DNA of 64,000 nt from a virus (lineage: Duplodnaviria > Caudoviricetes), in IMG/VR virus record IMGVR_UViG_3300020049_004561, positions 7,593 to 71,592 of that record; one strand, written 5' to 3'. The notes under the pieces were generated by a model that ran no database searches, was not told where the DNA came from, and worked only from the letters and a program-made list of their open reading frames with translations. Shown here piece by piece: positions 28,329 to 36,861 of this stretch; the stretch's first letter is position 1; every line of letters starts with the position of its first letter. Both the position numbers and the translations under genes were made by a program.

Positions 28329-29891
28329 ATGGCACTCTTTGACTTTGATGAAACAGAGTACAGACGTATCATCGAACTCTATGATACTGATGGCACTACT
28401 CTGCTCGATACTCTCTGCGATATCGATCAGGATATCGACAAGGTGCTGCACTGCGACTTCGAGTGGCTGCGTCAGGCGGGTCTTGGTGGCGGTTCATTGA
28501 CTCTCGATCTGACCACAGAGGATGATCTGCCTGAAGTCGGTCAGTGGGTCGTATGCAAGTATGCTTCTGATGTGTGGTATCGAGGACGCATTGAGGAAGT
28601 GTCTGGCAGTTCCCCAGATGGTGGGATCAACATCAGACTCTTCTCTCTGTGGTCAGTGTTGACTGAAACTCAGGTGGGCGGTAATCCTTGGTGGGATACT
28701 AATCCACAGACCTTCGGTCGTTATGACTACTTTACCAATGATCCTGACCATGCTTCGCAGGTCTATACAACGATCACAAACCTCAAGGACCTTGTTCAGA
28801 AGCTCTATGACGACTACCTGCTGCCTTGGGGCAACGGTGCGACGATTCTTCTGGATGTCATTGATGCACCTACAGACGCAGACTCCTTTGCCAGTATGAC
28901 CTTCAGAGGCGGTGAGTCTTTGAATCAGGTTCTAAGGACTATCGCTGAGGCTGCAGGGAACTACTCGTACGGCATCACTGCCGACAACAAGTTCTTCTTC
29001 AAGCCGATTGATACAACTGCACAGCATGTCTATCAGGAAGGTGTCAACTGTAACTACTCGTTCAGCACAGATCGCAGCCTGATGTACAACCGGCTGATCT
29101 TGACTGGTGGGTATGTTTACGGAGCACCAACCACTGCAGGCTTCTATGTCTGGAACTACCATGCCGAGGACTCAGCTAGCGTTGCAGCGTACGGAGTAAC
29201 TAAGTCACTGACTGTGAAGATTCCTTGGATCAGAAATCACGTCGACAGCCAGAACTTTGCTGACAGCTTCTTTGCAAAGTATGCTGTGCCGACCACCCGC
29301 TATTCTGTTCAGACTATCGCTCAGGGTTATCCGTTGCTGCCTTGGATGGGCGGGATCAGTGTGGTCGACAAGGACACCACAACCCTTGCAACCCAGACCT
29401 TCGATTCTGTAAAGGTTGTTTTCAATGCGGCCCCTACGTTCTCACTGACCACAGGTCCTTCTGAACCACTCTATCCGGGTGTCGGTGTTGTTGAGCCTAA
29501 GGATGGTGAGAATAATCCTGGTGGTGGTGGTGGCGGAGGTGATGCCCGGCAAGTGAGCGGTTTTGAGAGTGCGATCCTAAGCGGACTATCCATCGATAGC
29601 TGTCAGTGGTATCCGTGCGAGATCAAGACTATGGGCTTCTACGTTACGAGTGCATTCCCTGCTTCTGGCTATGTGGTCGGTGATATGTACTACTCCACTA
29701 AGCCAATTTGCCCACGCACAGGCATCACTGTCTACGATATGGAGACACCGTACGGACAGTATGTCGCTCTTGACGGTCTGTCTGGTGGTGAGGTTGTTGG
29801 CAGAACAGGTATCGCAGTCTTCATGCGTAGGTATGCGGACCACGATGTAAACGGTTGTAAGTGGTTCATGACTGGTCTCTCCTGTCCTTAA
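28329..29891 (+). CDS. putative tail hub/baseplate protein
   Basis: 520 aa; GGGSLTL, WYRGRIEEV, YSYGITADNKFFF, NRLILTGG, SVAAYG. Confidence 0.6.
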   Translation: MALFDFDETEYRRIIELYDTDGTTLLDTLCDIDQDIDKVLHCDFEWLRQAGLGGGSLTLDLTTEDDLPEVGQWVVCKYASDVWYRGRIEEVSGSSPDGGINIRLFSLWSVLTETQVGGNPWWDTNPQTFGRYDYFTNDPDHASQVYTTITNLKDLVQKLYDDYLLPWGNGATILLDVIDAPTDADSFASMTFRGGESLNQVLRTIAEAAGNYSYGITADNKFFFKPIDTTAQHVYQEGVNCNYSFSTDRSLMYNRLILTGGYVYGAPTTAGFYVWNYHAEDSASVAAYGVTKSLTVKIPWIRNHVDSQNFADSFFAKYAVPTTRYSVQTIAQGYPLLPWMGGISVVDKDTTTLATQTFDSVKVVFNAAPTFSLTTGPSEPLYPGVGVVEPKDGENNPGGGGGGGDARQVSGFESAILSGLSIDSCQWYPCEIKTMGFYVTSAFPASGYVVGDMYYSTKPICPRTGITVYDMETPYGQYVALDGLSGGEVVGRTGIAVFMRRYADHDVNGCKWFMTGLSCP

Positions 29892-29900
29892 AGGTGCTTC

Positions 29901-31139
29901 ATGGCTGGATGGAATAACAATAAATGCTGCTGTACACCTCGAACAAGATGTCAGGGAGAGGTTGATATATGTTGCATGACCCTGCAAGCAAGCACCTGGG
30001 CTTATGCAATATCTCTGTATACAGTAGGGACCGATCCTGACGATACCTGCGGTTACGTCAATAATGGATACCACCATAACAATCGTTGTGGTAGGTTGGC
30101 ACCTTTGAATATATGTACAGATAACTTACGGTTAATTGAGGTTCATTGGGGAGAGAGTGACCTGTATGGGGGGGATGTAAGATTAAGCGTGTTCATTCCT
30201 TCCACTGTAGATGGTAGCGGGAACTATGTTGATCCTGTTTTCTATGAGACATTCCTAGACTCTCTCACGTGGTACTTATCTCCTGTTGTGTTCATTGTCG
30301 ATGGGGTTACCTATACCCTGTCAGTATGCCCTGATCCGCACGAGCCTTTTCCTGAGTGGCCGTTATCACAGGTGTTCTTCCAGACTACCATCAACAGTCA
30401 TCCGACTCGATCTTTTGGTAACCTAACTTGCGGGGCCCCCTGCGACCCCGATTTTACTCAAGAGGGCAACATACAGATGCGCCTGCTGTGGTCCTACAAC
30501 ATATACAGTGATAAGATAACTATATCTATGCTGTACATTGAACCAGCAGGCATTTGGGAAGGAGACTTAGAAGTAGACTATGATTCAGGGAACTGGTCTA
30601 CAGGAACTTACACACTCACCCTAACTGAAAGGCTTATAGAAGGTAAGCCAGATATCACGGCTACAGTTTCTCCGGCAGACTCCTGCGACATTCCACCTCC
30701 ACCACCTCCTTGTGAAGCCTATACCTGCTTTCCTGAGTGTTTGGTGAATACGTGTGACGGAGGAGCCACTCCTAATCCCCTTGCCTTGTTCTTGGATGTC
30801 ACGTCCTTGAACGGTTGCTGCCTGAATGGAAGTTATGGCTTCACATGGACAGGGGGCGGCTACTACTCAGGCAAGATTGGTGACCAGTTCCTTGTGACTT
30901 GTGGCTATGTTGAAATTTGGTACGAGTGTGTGGGTGACCAGTTTCGAAGGCGAGTAAAGGTCACGGACGTGACGGGAGGCACGAGCGAATCTACAGAAAA
31001 TGATCCAGGAGCCTGTTCAGGCACTCCAGAAAACTTCATTGATTCCTTTATCTGCGTCTTCCCTTTCGTACCTGTGTGCTTTAACCTACCACCATTCTTT
31101 ACCGACACGGTGACCTTTGACATCTACACCAACAACTAA
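29901..31139 (+). CDS. Cys-rich tail-associated protein (receptor-binding candidate)
   Basis: 412 aa starting KCCC with many Cys; follows the hub gene. Confidence 0.55.
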   Translation: MAGWNNNKCCCTPRTRCQGEVDICCMTLQASTWAYAISLYTVGTDPDDTCGYVNNGYHHNNRCGRLAPLNICTDNLRLIEVHWGESDLYGGDVRLSVFIPSTVDGSGNYVDPVFYETFLDSLTWYLSPVVFIVDGVTYTLSVCPDPHEPFPEWPLSQVFFQTTINSHPTRSFGNLTCGAPCDPDFTQEGNIQMRLLWSYNIYSDKITISMLYIEPAGIWEGDLEVDYDSGNWSTGTYTLTLTERLIEGKPDITATVSPADSCDIPPPPPPCEAYTCFPECLVNTCDGGATPNPLALFLDVTSLNGCCLNGSYGFTWTGGGYYSGKIGDQFLVTCGYVEIWYECVGDQFRRRVKVTDVTGGTSESTENDPGACSGTPENFIDSFICVFPFVPVCFNLPPFFTDTVTFDIYTNN

Positions 31140-32328
31140 CCTGACTCCAGAATCGCTGGCCAGGATCGAAGAACATAGACGCAGGAGGTTTCCTCCCAAG
31201 GAAAAAGGGCGGCGATCTAAGCCTACTGCCACAGCCCAGAGATGGGTATCTTTATCCGATCTTGGTGCCGACTCAGCAAAGCTCGCAGCAATGGTAGCAG
31301 GCAAGGTAGACTGCATCATCGGTGTTGCTCGTTCTGGAATGACTCCAGCAACGATTGTAGCTACAATGCTGCATCTTCCTCTGCTGGTACTCAGACAGTC
31401 TGAGGGCGACATAATTGGTGCGGGTCACGGCTGGAGATTGGGAGACAAAGAGTTCAGCAATCCGTTGGTGATCGACGACACATCATGCTCCGGGCAGAGC
31501 CTGACTAAAGTCAAGAAGATCGTAGCGGTGAGTGGAATCGATCCAGAGTACGCTGTGGTCTACTATGACAAGAAATCAAAAGAACCGGTCGACTACTTCG
31601 TCAAGGAACTACCCAGACCACACGTACTTGAATGGAATATTGCCAATAGTGTGTATTCCAGTCAGATGCTCTGGGATATGGATGGGGTGATCTGTGAAGA
31701 CTGCCCTAACTATGTCGATGATGATGAGCACTACGCCAACTGGCTCACTATTGCAAAGCCCAAGTGTCTTCCTTTGAGGAGCAAGATCAGGATCGTCACA
31801 GGTAGACGCGAGGCGTGGCGACCACAGACTGAGGCGTGGCTTGCTAAGCATGGTGTTGATGCTGAGATCATCATGCACCCTGACGGAGAGCGTACAGGCC
31901 AGTCTGTGATTGAGCATAAGGCTGCTGCTGTGCTCAAGTATGCAACAGGACCGGTTGCGATGCTGGAGAGTGATAAGCGGCAGGCGATTCGTATCCAGGA
32001 GATCACAGGTAAGCCTATATGGTATGTGGGAGAAGGCGATGAAGCAGAGAATATTGTCCCCGCCAAGAGGATGGACTGGACATTGGAGTATCCCTGTGTG
32101 TATCGTGGAGAACAACAGGCCGAGGGATCGTGCGGCTGTGCTGGAGCCGACAAGATTCCCGTCTACGCCTGCCAGGAGACACCAGGAACGCAGTGTGTGG
32201 TCCTCAAGTCCAACCAAGGACGGATGACCCGCAAGGACCGCAAATGGTCAGGACTCCGGGCCTGTGAAGACTGTCCTTTGGCAAAATCCGAGATTCCACC
32301 GAACACTTCCGATCCACCGGCGGTATAG
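31117..32328 (+). CDS. phosphoribosyltransferase + HAD/PNKP-like + Cys-rich fusion protein
   Basis: IIGVARSG...LVIDDTSCSGQSL (PRPP loop); WDMDGVIC, IVTGR...TEAWL, ESD (HAD motifs); C-terminal CVYRG...CGC...VYAC...CEDC. Confidence 0.8.
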   Translation: MTSTPTTNLTPESLARIEEHRRRRFPPKEKGRRSKPTATAQRWVSLSDLGADSAKLAAMVAGKVDCIIGVARSGMTPATIVATMLHLPLLVLRQSEGDIIGAGHGWRLGDKEFSNPLVIDDTSCSGQSLTKVKKIVAVSGIDPEYAVVYYDKKSKEPVDYFVKELPRPHVLEWNIANSVYSSQMLWDMDGVICEDCPNYVDDDEHYANWLTIAKPKCLPLRSKIRIVTGRREAWRPQTEAWLAKHGVDAEIIMHPDGERTGQSVIEHKAAAVLKYATGPVAMLESDKRQAIRIQEITGKPIWYVGEGDEAENIVPAKRMDWTLEYPCVYRGEQQAEGSCGCAGADKIPVYACQETPGTQCVVLKSNQGRMTRKDRKWSGLRACEDCPLAKSEIPPNTSDPPAV

Positions 32329-32343
32329 TTGTGGAGGTCAGAC

Positions 32344-32628
32344 ATGTCAGCAATCACGATCAGGTCGAAAGTCCGTTGTGGGAACAGCATCCGATCAGGT
32401 ACGAGATCACGCAGCTTCTTCGTACTTGTTCAGTTGCCTGCCTTGTGTTGTTTGCTTGGGTGTCTTGGTTCAGTGTACTACTGGACATACACCCAGGCAT
32501 TCTACTACTACCCTAACCGGCACGTAGGCGAGGCTCAGGCCGTAGGTGCTGCTCTGGCTACTGTGGTTTGTGGGTGGCTGTTCTACACTCTCTGTAAGCA
32601 TCAGGAGAAGCAATGCAGCAGTACATAA
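32344..32628 (+). CDS. small membrane protein
   Basis: GGAGG SD before ATG 32344; two hydrophobic segments. Confidence 0.55.
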   Translation: MSAITIRSKVRCGNSIRSGTRSRSFFVLVQLPALCCLLGCLGSVYYWTYTQAFYYYPNRHVGEAQAVGAALATVVCGWLFYTLCKHQEKQCSST

Positions 32629-32726
32629 TCGTCTCTTGTGTGCCGTGACTTTTCACGAACACGCGATGGTTACCATCCAGTCACATTCAAGGATCAGTGA
32701 TGCAGTAGTTCATCTTTATACCAGAG

Positions 32727-32918
32727 ATGGCATGTATTGTACGAAAGGATGCCGAGGATGGGCGGCATGTCGCATACCACGGACACGGTTATGCTAAAAC
32801 CGCAGAGAGAAATTACAATGATCTGTTAGCAGGTCATCTGACCGAGTGCCAGCTTTATTGGGATAGGCCAGGACGGATTGGGTATCGGAACATCGCCTTC
32901 ACCAAGGAAACCACATGA
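32727..32918 (+). CDS. hypothetical protein
   Basis: 63-aa ORF coupled to the next gene. Confidence 0.45.
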   Translation: MACIVRKDAEDGRHVAYHGHGYAKTAERNYNDLLAGHLTECQLYWDRPGRIGYRNIAFTKETT

Positions 32919-33934
32919 TCTTTCACAAGCTACTCCCCGATGGTTTCAAAAGAGACGCAGACGGCTTGCTGGGCGTATGCTCATCAGCGTTACGTGAGTC
33001 GGTTGTGATTCTCCTTGGGGGACCATCAGCATCGCGAACACTGGACAACGTAGGCTTTACAAACCTACCAACCATGTCTGTCAACTGTGGTCACATGAGT
33101 CAGACTTCAGCTATCGACCCAAACTACTGGACGGGCTACGACAACCCAGTACGGTTCGATATGTCAGTCTTCCTTGATCCGAGAGTGTTGAAGTTTTGTC
33201 CGTCAGTTCGCTCAGGTGAACTTCTACGAGACAACCGTACTCTGCTATCAGAGTGCCCTTCTGTGATCTTCTTTGATGCCCAGAAGAGAGCCAGTAATGG
33301 TGAGCTGTTCAGTCTTGGGCCTGTCATCGATACTCGCGACTCCATGCTGCAAGCAATCGACATTGCCATCAAGCTGGGATTCAAGGACATTTTGCTTCAT
33401 GGTGCCGACTTATACACCGCACTATCAGATGAGCAGGTGGACCACATCAATCAACAGTTGAAGTTGGTTGGTGCTGATCTGCCCTTCACCTTAGCCTGCA
33501 GCGTCAACTCCAGTATGGAAGCCTTGTCCTGTATCGCACATGCCAAGGTTTGTAAGGACACAGCACCCGCTGATATGACGGACTCTCAGAAGATCGCTTG
33601 TGAGGCTGTCGTAGATGAACTCGTCTCGATGCTGTCCAGGATGACTACTCCTGAGATGTACAGTGCTGGGAATGCGAACACGAGGCTTAAGGACAACCTG
33701 AAGTCCGACTACCACTACCGAGTCACTTCTGGTAGGCTGATTGGAGCCAGACGGAACCTGGACGCTCTTGGCGTGTCTGTGTCTTTGCTGAGGGGACCAC
33801 AGGACTTCAAGAGTCGACTGGATGGGTTCTTTCCTGTGGTCCGTATTGCTGATGTTAAGGATCGACTGACGATGACTGATCCAGATTATCATGCTGTAGG
33901 GATGTACAGACGGGTTGATCCGGGGGTTGCCTGA
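32915..33934 (+). CDS. Maf/DUF115-like (GT42 sialyltransferase-fold) protein
   Basis: VILLGGPS, TMSVN, PNYWTGYD, DSMLQAIDIAIKLGFKDILLHGAD follow the GxGPS...N...S...A..LG.k.I.L.G.D pattern. Confidence 0.65.
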   Translation: MIFHKLLPDGFKRDADGLLGVCSSALRESVVILLGGPSASRTLDNVGFTNLPTMSVNCGHMSQTSAIDPNYWTGYDNPVRFDMSVFLDPRVLKFCPSVRSGELLRDNRTLLSECPSVIFFDAQKRASNGELFSLGPVIDTRDSMLQAIDIAIKLGFKDILLHGADLYTALSDEQVDHINQQLKLVGADLPFTLACSVNSSMEALSCIAHAKVCKDTAPADMTDSQKIACEAVVDELVSMLSRMTTPEMYSAGNANTRLKDNLKSDYHYRVTSGRLIGARRNLDALGVSVSLLRGPQDFKSRLDGFFPVVRIADVKDRLTMTDPDYHAVGMYRRVDPGVA

Positions 33935-33945
33935 CCACAGGTCAC

Positions 33946-33979
33946 TTGACGCCTAGGCAGGATTATGGTAATCTCTGCC
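33946..33979 (+). promoter_or_regulatory. promoter TTGACG-N17-TAATCT-CTGCC with an overlapping palindrome
   Basis: GGCAG-GATTA-TGG-TAATC-T-CTGCC at 33956-33979. Confidence 0.7.
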
Positions 33980-34004
33980 ATCACGACACGCACTGCAGGA
34001 ACAC

Positions 34005-34307
34005 ATGATGAGTCTTGACGCTTTTGAACTGGAAGTCGTTGCTGCCTTCGTGGAGATGGAACGGGCCTCCAGCGACGTGGGGCGGCGGTTCCTTATGGGT
34101 GGGGGCGGCTTCGACAAGCACGAGGCTGCCCGCTCGGTCGCTCCTGATTGGCTCCGCAAGTGGAACGACGATCACAACTGGGCTATCTGTTTCGCGAACG
34201 GATACCGCGGCCTGTTGAGTATGGGTCAGGCTTTTGGCTACTCTCGGGAATGTCTGCTGCAGGATTTACTCATGTACCGAACTCCCCATGCGACCAGTGA
34301 AAACTGA
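34005..34307 (+). CDS. hypothetical protein
   Basis: CAGGA SD; 100 aa; first gene after the promoter. Confidence 0.6.
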   Translation: MMSLDAFELEVVAAFVEMERASSDVGRRFLMGGGGFDKHEAARSVAPDWLRKWNDDHNWAICFANGYRGLLSMGQAFGYSRECLLQDLLMYRTPHATSEN

Positions 34308-34397
34308 GCACATTTTGGGGAGCATAAATCAGCAGTTGGGAAGTCTGCTATGCTCGACGGAGTGTAGTAATCGCGATAGGCGGAAATCTGCTGAGTG

Positions 34398-34469
34398 TTC
34401 TCTGTAGTTTACTGGAAGAACGCAGGCACTCTAAAGCCTGCAGTGTGGGTTCGAATCCCATCAGAGAAC
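34398..34469 (+). tRNA. tRNA with CUA anticodon (amber suppressor type); no encoded CCA
   Basis: TTCTCTG/CAGAGAA acceptor; TA; D arm GTTT-ACTGGAA-GAAC; CAGGC-A-CTCTAAA-GCCTG with anticodon CTA at 34431-34433; T arm GTGGG-TTCGAAT-CCCAT. Confidence 0.85.
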
Positions 34470-34529
34470 ATGCTTATCTACCATGTGTAGATGGAGTAAC
34501 GGGTGCGTCAGTAATGGCGTGCTTAGCAA

Positions 34530-34670
34530 GTTGACGTGCGGCGGGGACAGTGACCCGCAAGGCGGTGTTCCGATGCCTGTGAGTAATTCGGAATGGGACC
34601 GGTGCAAGGCCGGATAAGTGGTTTTTAACCAGCTCTTGAAGCTAGCCGGTGCAATTCCGGCCACGTCGAT
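34530..34670 (+). ncRNA. non-canonical tRNA-like RNA, copy 1
   Basis: Closing stem TTGACGTG/CACGTCGA; CGGCGGGGACAG..ACCCGC arm; three or four internal hairpins; T-like arm GCCGG-TGCAATT-CCGGC stacked on the closing stem. Confidence 0.6.
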
Positions 34671-34695
34671 TCACAGCAGTCCAACAGGAGCAACC

Positions 34696-35220
34696 ATGAC
34701 GTGCATCGTAGGTCGAGTCCATGATGGTAAGGTGACCATTGGTGCTGACAGCATCGGTGCGGCTCACTACGACTACACCATCCGCAAGGACAAGAAACTC
34801 TTTCGACTAGGTGAGTTTGTCATCGGCTGTACTTCAAGCTACCGAATGATTCAACTCATTCAGTACAAGATGCATCCGCCAACTATCCCTGATGGGATGG
34901 ACCTACATGAGTACATGGTTGTTCACTTTGTCGAGGAACTTCGAGAGGTCCTGAAAGCCGGGGGCTTTGTTGAGATCGCGAGCAATGTCGAAAAAGGTGG
35001 TCAATCCCTTGTAGGGGTACGCGGCTGCCTTTTTCGGGTTGATTCTGACTTCCAAGTTGGAGAGTCGGTTTATGGCATGGATTCAATCGGATGTGGTCAG
35101 GATTATGCCCTGGGAGCAATGTTTTCCGGTGCTGATCTGGAAAAGGCTCTGCAGGTTGCTGAGCAGTGTTCCTGTGGTGTCAAGGGTCCTTTTCACTTTC
35201 TGACCACAGAGGATACGTAA
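34696..35220 (+). CDS. proteasome beta/HslV-like Ntn threonine protease
   Basis: MTCIVG (N-terminal Thr), VTIGADS, KLF, SIGCGQDYALGAM, ALQVA; CAGGAG SD before ATG 34696. Confidence 0.85.
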   Translation: MTCIVGRVHDGKVTIGADSIGAAHYDYTIRKDKKLFRLGEFVIGCTSSYRMIQLIQYKMHPPTIPDGMDLHEYMVVHFVEELREVLKAGGFVEIASNVEKGGQSLVGVRGCLFRVDSDFQVGESVYGMDSIGCGQDYALGAMFSGADLEKALQVAEQCSCGVKGPFHFLTTEDT

Positions 35221-35429
35221 TGACGATTCCGGCCCTGATGAATTGCCCGCATTCAGGAGAAGGCTGGTGTTTGTCCTGTGTTGAGAGGTTATCCTCCGAG
35301 TTGGATGACTGCTACTTTGCTCTGACAATTGCCCTGACTCAATCCTATGACGGGCCTTTACCTGATTCAGCTAGAGAAAGGATTTCAGGCGTAATGGATA
35401 AACACTCCGGGCATGCTGCAAGCTCCTAG
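35220..35429 (+). CDS. hypothetical protein with CxH...WCxxC
   Basis: TAATG overlap; MNCPHSGEGWCLSC. Confidence 0.55.
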   Translation: MTIPALMNCPHSGEGWCLSCVERLSSELDDCYFALTIALTQSYDGPLPDSARERISGVMDKHSGHAASS

Positions 35430-35540
35430 GACGCTCTGTACGGGCTCCAGATTTCCAGGACGACTCAAAGTACGTCCTGACCTGTTTGGTGGCTTCCTAC
35501 GCGATCCTGTGCGATTTGGAAGCATTTTGGAGGGTGTTTC

Positions 35541-35879
35541 ATGGGCAGTTTTGAGTCTGTTTTGTCCTGGTGTCTGGCGGATGGTGGTAATGCTCCACTG
35601 AAAGCAGTCTTGCTGGCGTTAGGGTTCGTGCTGCTGGTGTTCGCAGTGAGCGGCTTTTGGTACGCCTTTTTCAAGATGACTGCTGCTAGGAGTAGGCGTA
35701 CCCCTATTAAATTTCCTCCGATCAATGAGACCCCTTCAACATGGTCTACGTGGACAACCACTACGTGGTATATTCATGTTCTTGATAGCAATGGGAACCC
35801 AACACACAAAGAAGGGCCGTTCTATGATTTTGACACAGCGATCGCTAGGTGTACTGAGTTGAACGCTAAACACCAATGA
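35541..35879 (+). CDS. membrane-anchored hypothetical protein
   Basis: Hydrophobic AVLLALGFVLLVFAVSGFWYAFF segment. Confidence 0.55.
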   Translation: MGSFESVLSWCLADGGNAPLKAVLLALGFVLLVFAVSGFWYAFFKMTAARSRRTPIKFPPINETPSTWSTWTTTTWYIHVLDSNGNPTHKEGPFYDFDTAIARCTELNAKHQ

Positions 35880-36070
35880 ACTACGAGTTCTACGGAGCAA
35901 TCGCACAGTACATCCAGATCATCAGGTCTAACCAGACCACAGATGAACAAAAGGCAGAAGCAAGGCAGGCTTGCTGGTCCTTAGCACATAGCGACCACAG
36001 AGAGCACATCAGTGATCTCTGGTTGTTGCTACAGACTCTCGAAAACATGACAGGAGCAGAAGGTGGATGA
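35876..36070 (+). CDS. hypothetical protein
   Basis: ATGA overlap; 64 aa. Confidence 0.55.
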   Translation: MNYEFYGAIAQYIQIIRSNQTTDEQKAEARQACWSLAHSDHREHISDLWLLLQTLENMTGAEGG

Positions 36071-36189
36071 CAAAGAACTTTTGGACTACATAATTGGAAT
36101 TTTTCCAGCTCATTCAGGATGCGTTGCTATGAGTAGCTTCCATAGCCTGATGGTCAATACAGTGTTGCCTGCATATTCTAAGTTGAGGG

Positions 36190-36861
36190 ATGAGCAGACT
36201 CAGTTGTTACAGGAGTCTGGAGATGAAGGCTGAAGAAAGGATTGGTCAGGTATTTGGGAGACTGTCTGTGGTTGCGGTCGTTAGTAAAGCAGCGCACGGA
36301 AAAACAGTGTTGAAGTGTATGTGTAGTTGTGGCAAAGAGACACAAACTACTGTACAGTGTTTGCTTAGGGGGTGGACTAAGTCCTGCGGTTGTCTGCGAA
36401 GAGGCGGGGGCACTGGCAACCGAACTCACGGAATGTGCTCAAGCATTACCTACGTGAGTTGGAGAAGCATGGTCCAAAGATGCACAAATCGTAGGAATCC
36501 TCGTTATCACGATTACGGTGGTCGTTGGATCACTGTCTGCGATGGGTGGCTCAAGTTTGAGAACTTCTACAAAGACATGGGGCCGAGGCCTTCTAAGGAC
36601 CACAGCCTGGATCGCAAGGATAATGATGGTCCATACTGCAAAGATAACTGTAGGTGGGCGACAAAGAAAGAGCAGAACAACAATCAGAGGAATAGTAGGC
36701 TAGTCACCCACAGCGGAGAGACACGGACAGTATCACAATGGGCGGCTTCTGTAGGAATGCACACAAGCGTGCTTGTGCGTAGGCTCAATCTCGGATGGAC
36801 AATGGACAAGGCCCTAACGGAACCAGTGAAGAAACGGAGATCACGTGACACCTCTGGCTAA
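36190..36861 (+). CDS. HNH homing-endonuclease-like protein (same family as 9904-10542)
   Basis: KCMCSCG, TKSCGC, YGGRWITVCDGW, HSLDRKDNDGPYCKDNCRWAT. Confidence 0.88.
   Translation: MSRLSCYRSLEMKAEERIGQVFGRLSVVAVVSKAAHGKTVLKCMCSCGKETQTTVQCLLRGWTKSCGCLRRGGGTGNRTHGMCSSITYVSWRSMVQRCTNRRNPRYHDYGGRWITVCDGWLKFENFYKDMGPRPSKDHSLDRKDNDGPYCKDNCRWATKKEQNNNQRNSRLVTHSGETRTVSQWAASVGMHTSVLVRRLNLGWTMDKALTEPVKKRRSRDTSG

Noticed and set aside
2088-32628. In-frame gene fusions by TAG readthrough (2088 gene to RuvC; PRTase-HAD to the 32344 membrane gene)
   Set aside because: The downstream genes have their own SD and start, and in-frame adjacency is expected by chance about one time in three
34318-34370. tmRNA 5' end (GGGG...TCGACGG)
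   Set aside because: The segment folds as a local hairpin (GAGCAT/ATGCTC), and I found no matching tmRNA 3' acceptor with G3-U70 or tag reading frame
34539-34665. Cobalamin riboswitch or RNase P RNA (GGTGCAATTCC, GGTGCAAGGCC)
   Set aside because: The CTGTCCCCGC-like element is in the opposite orientation, and the GGGAA/B12-box and GAGGAAAGTCC cores are absent
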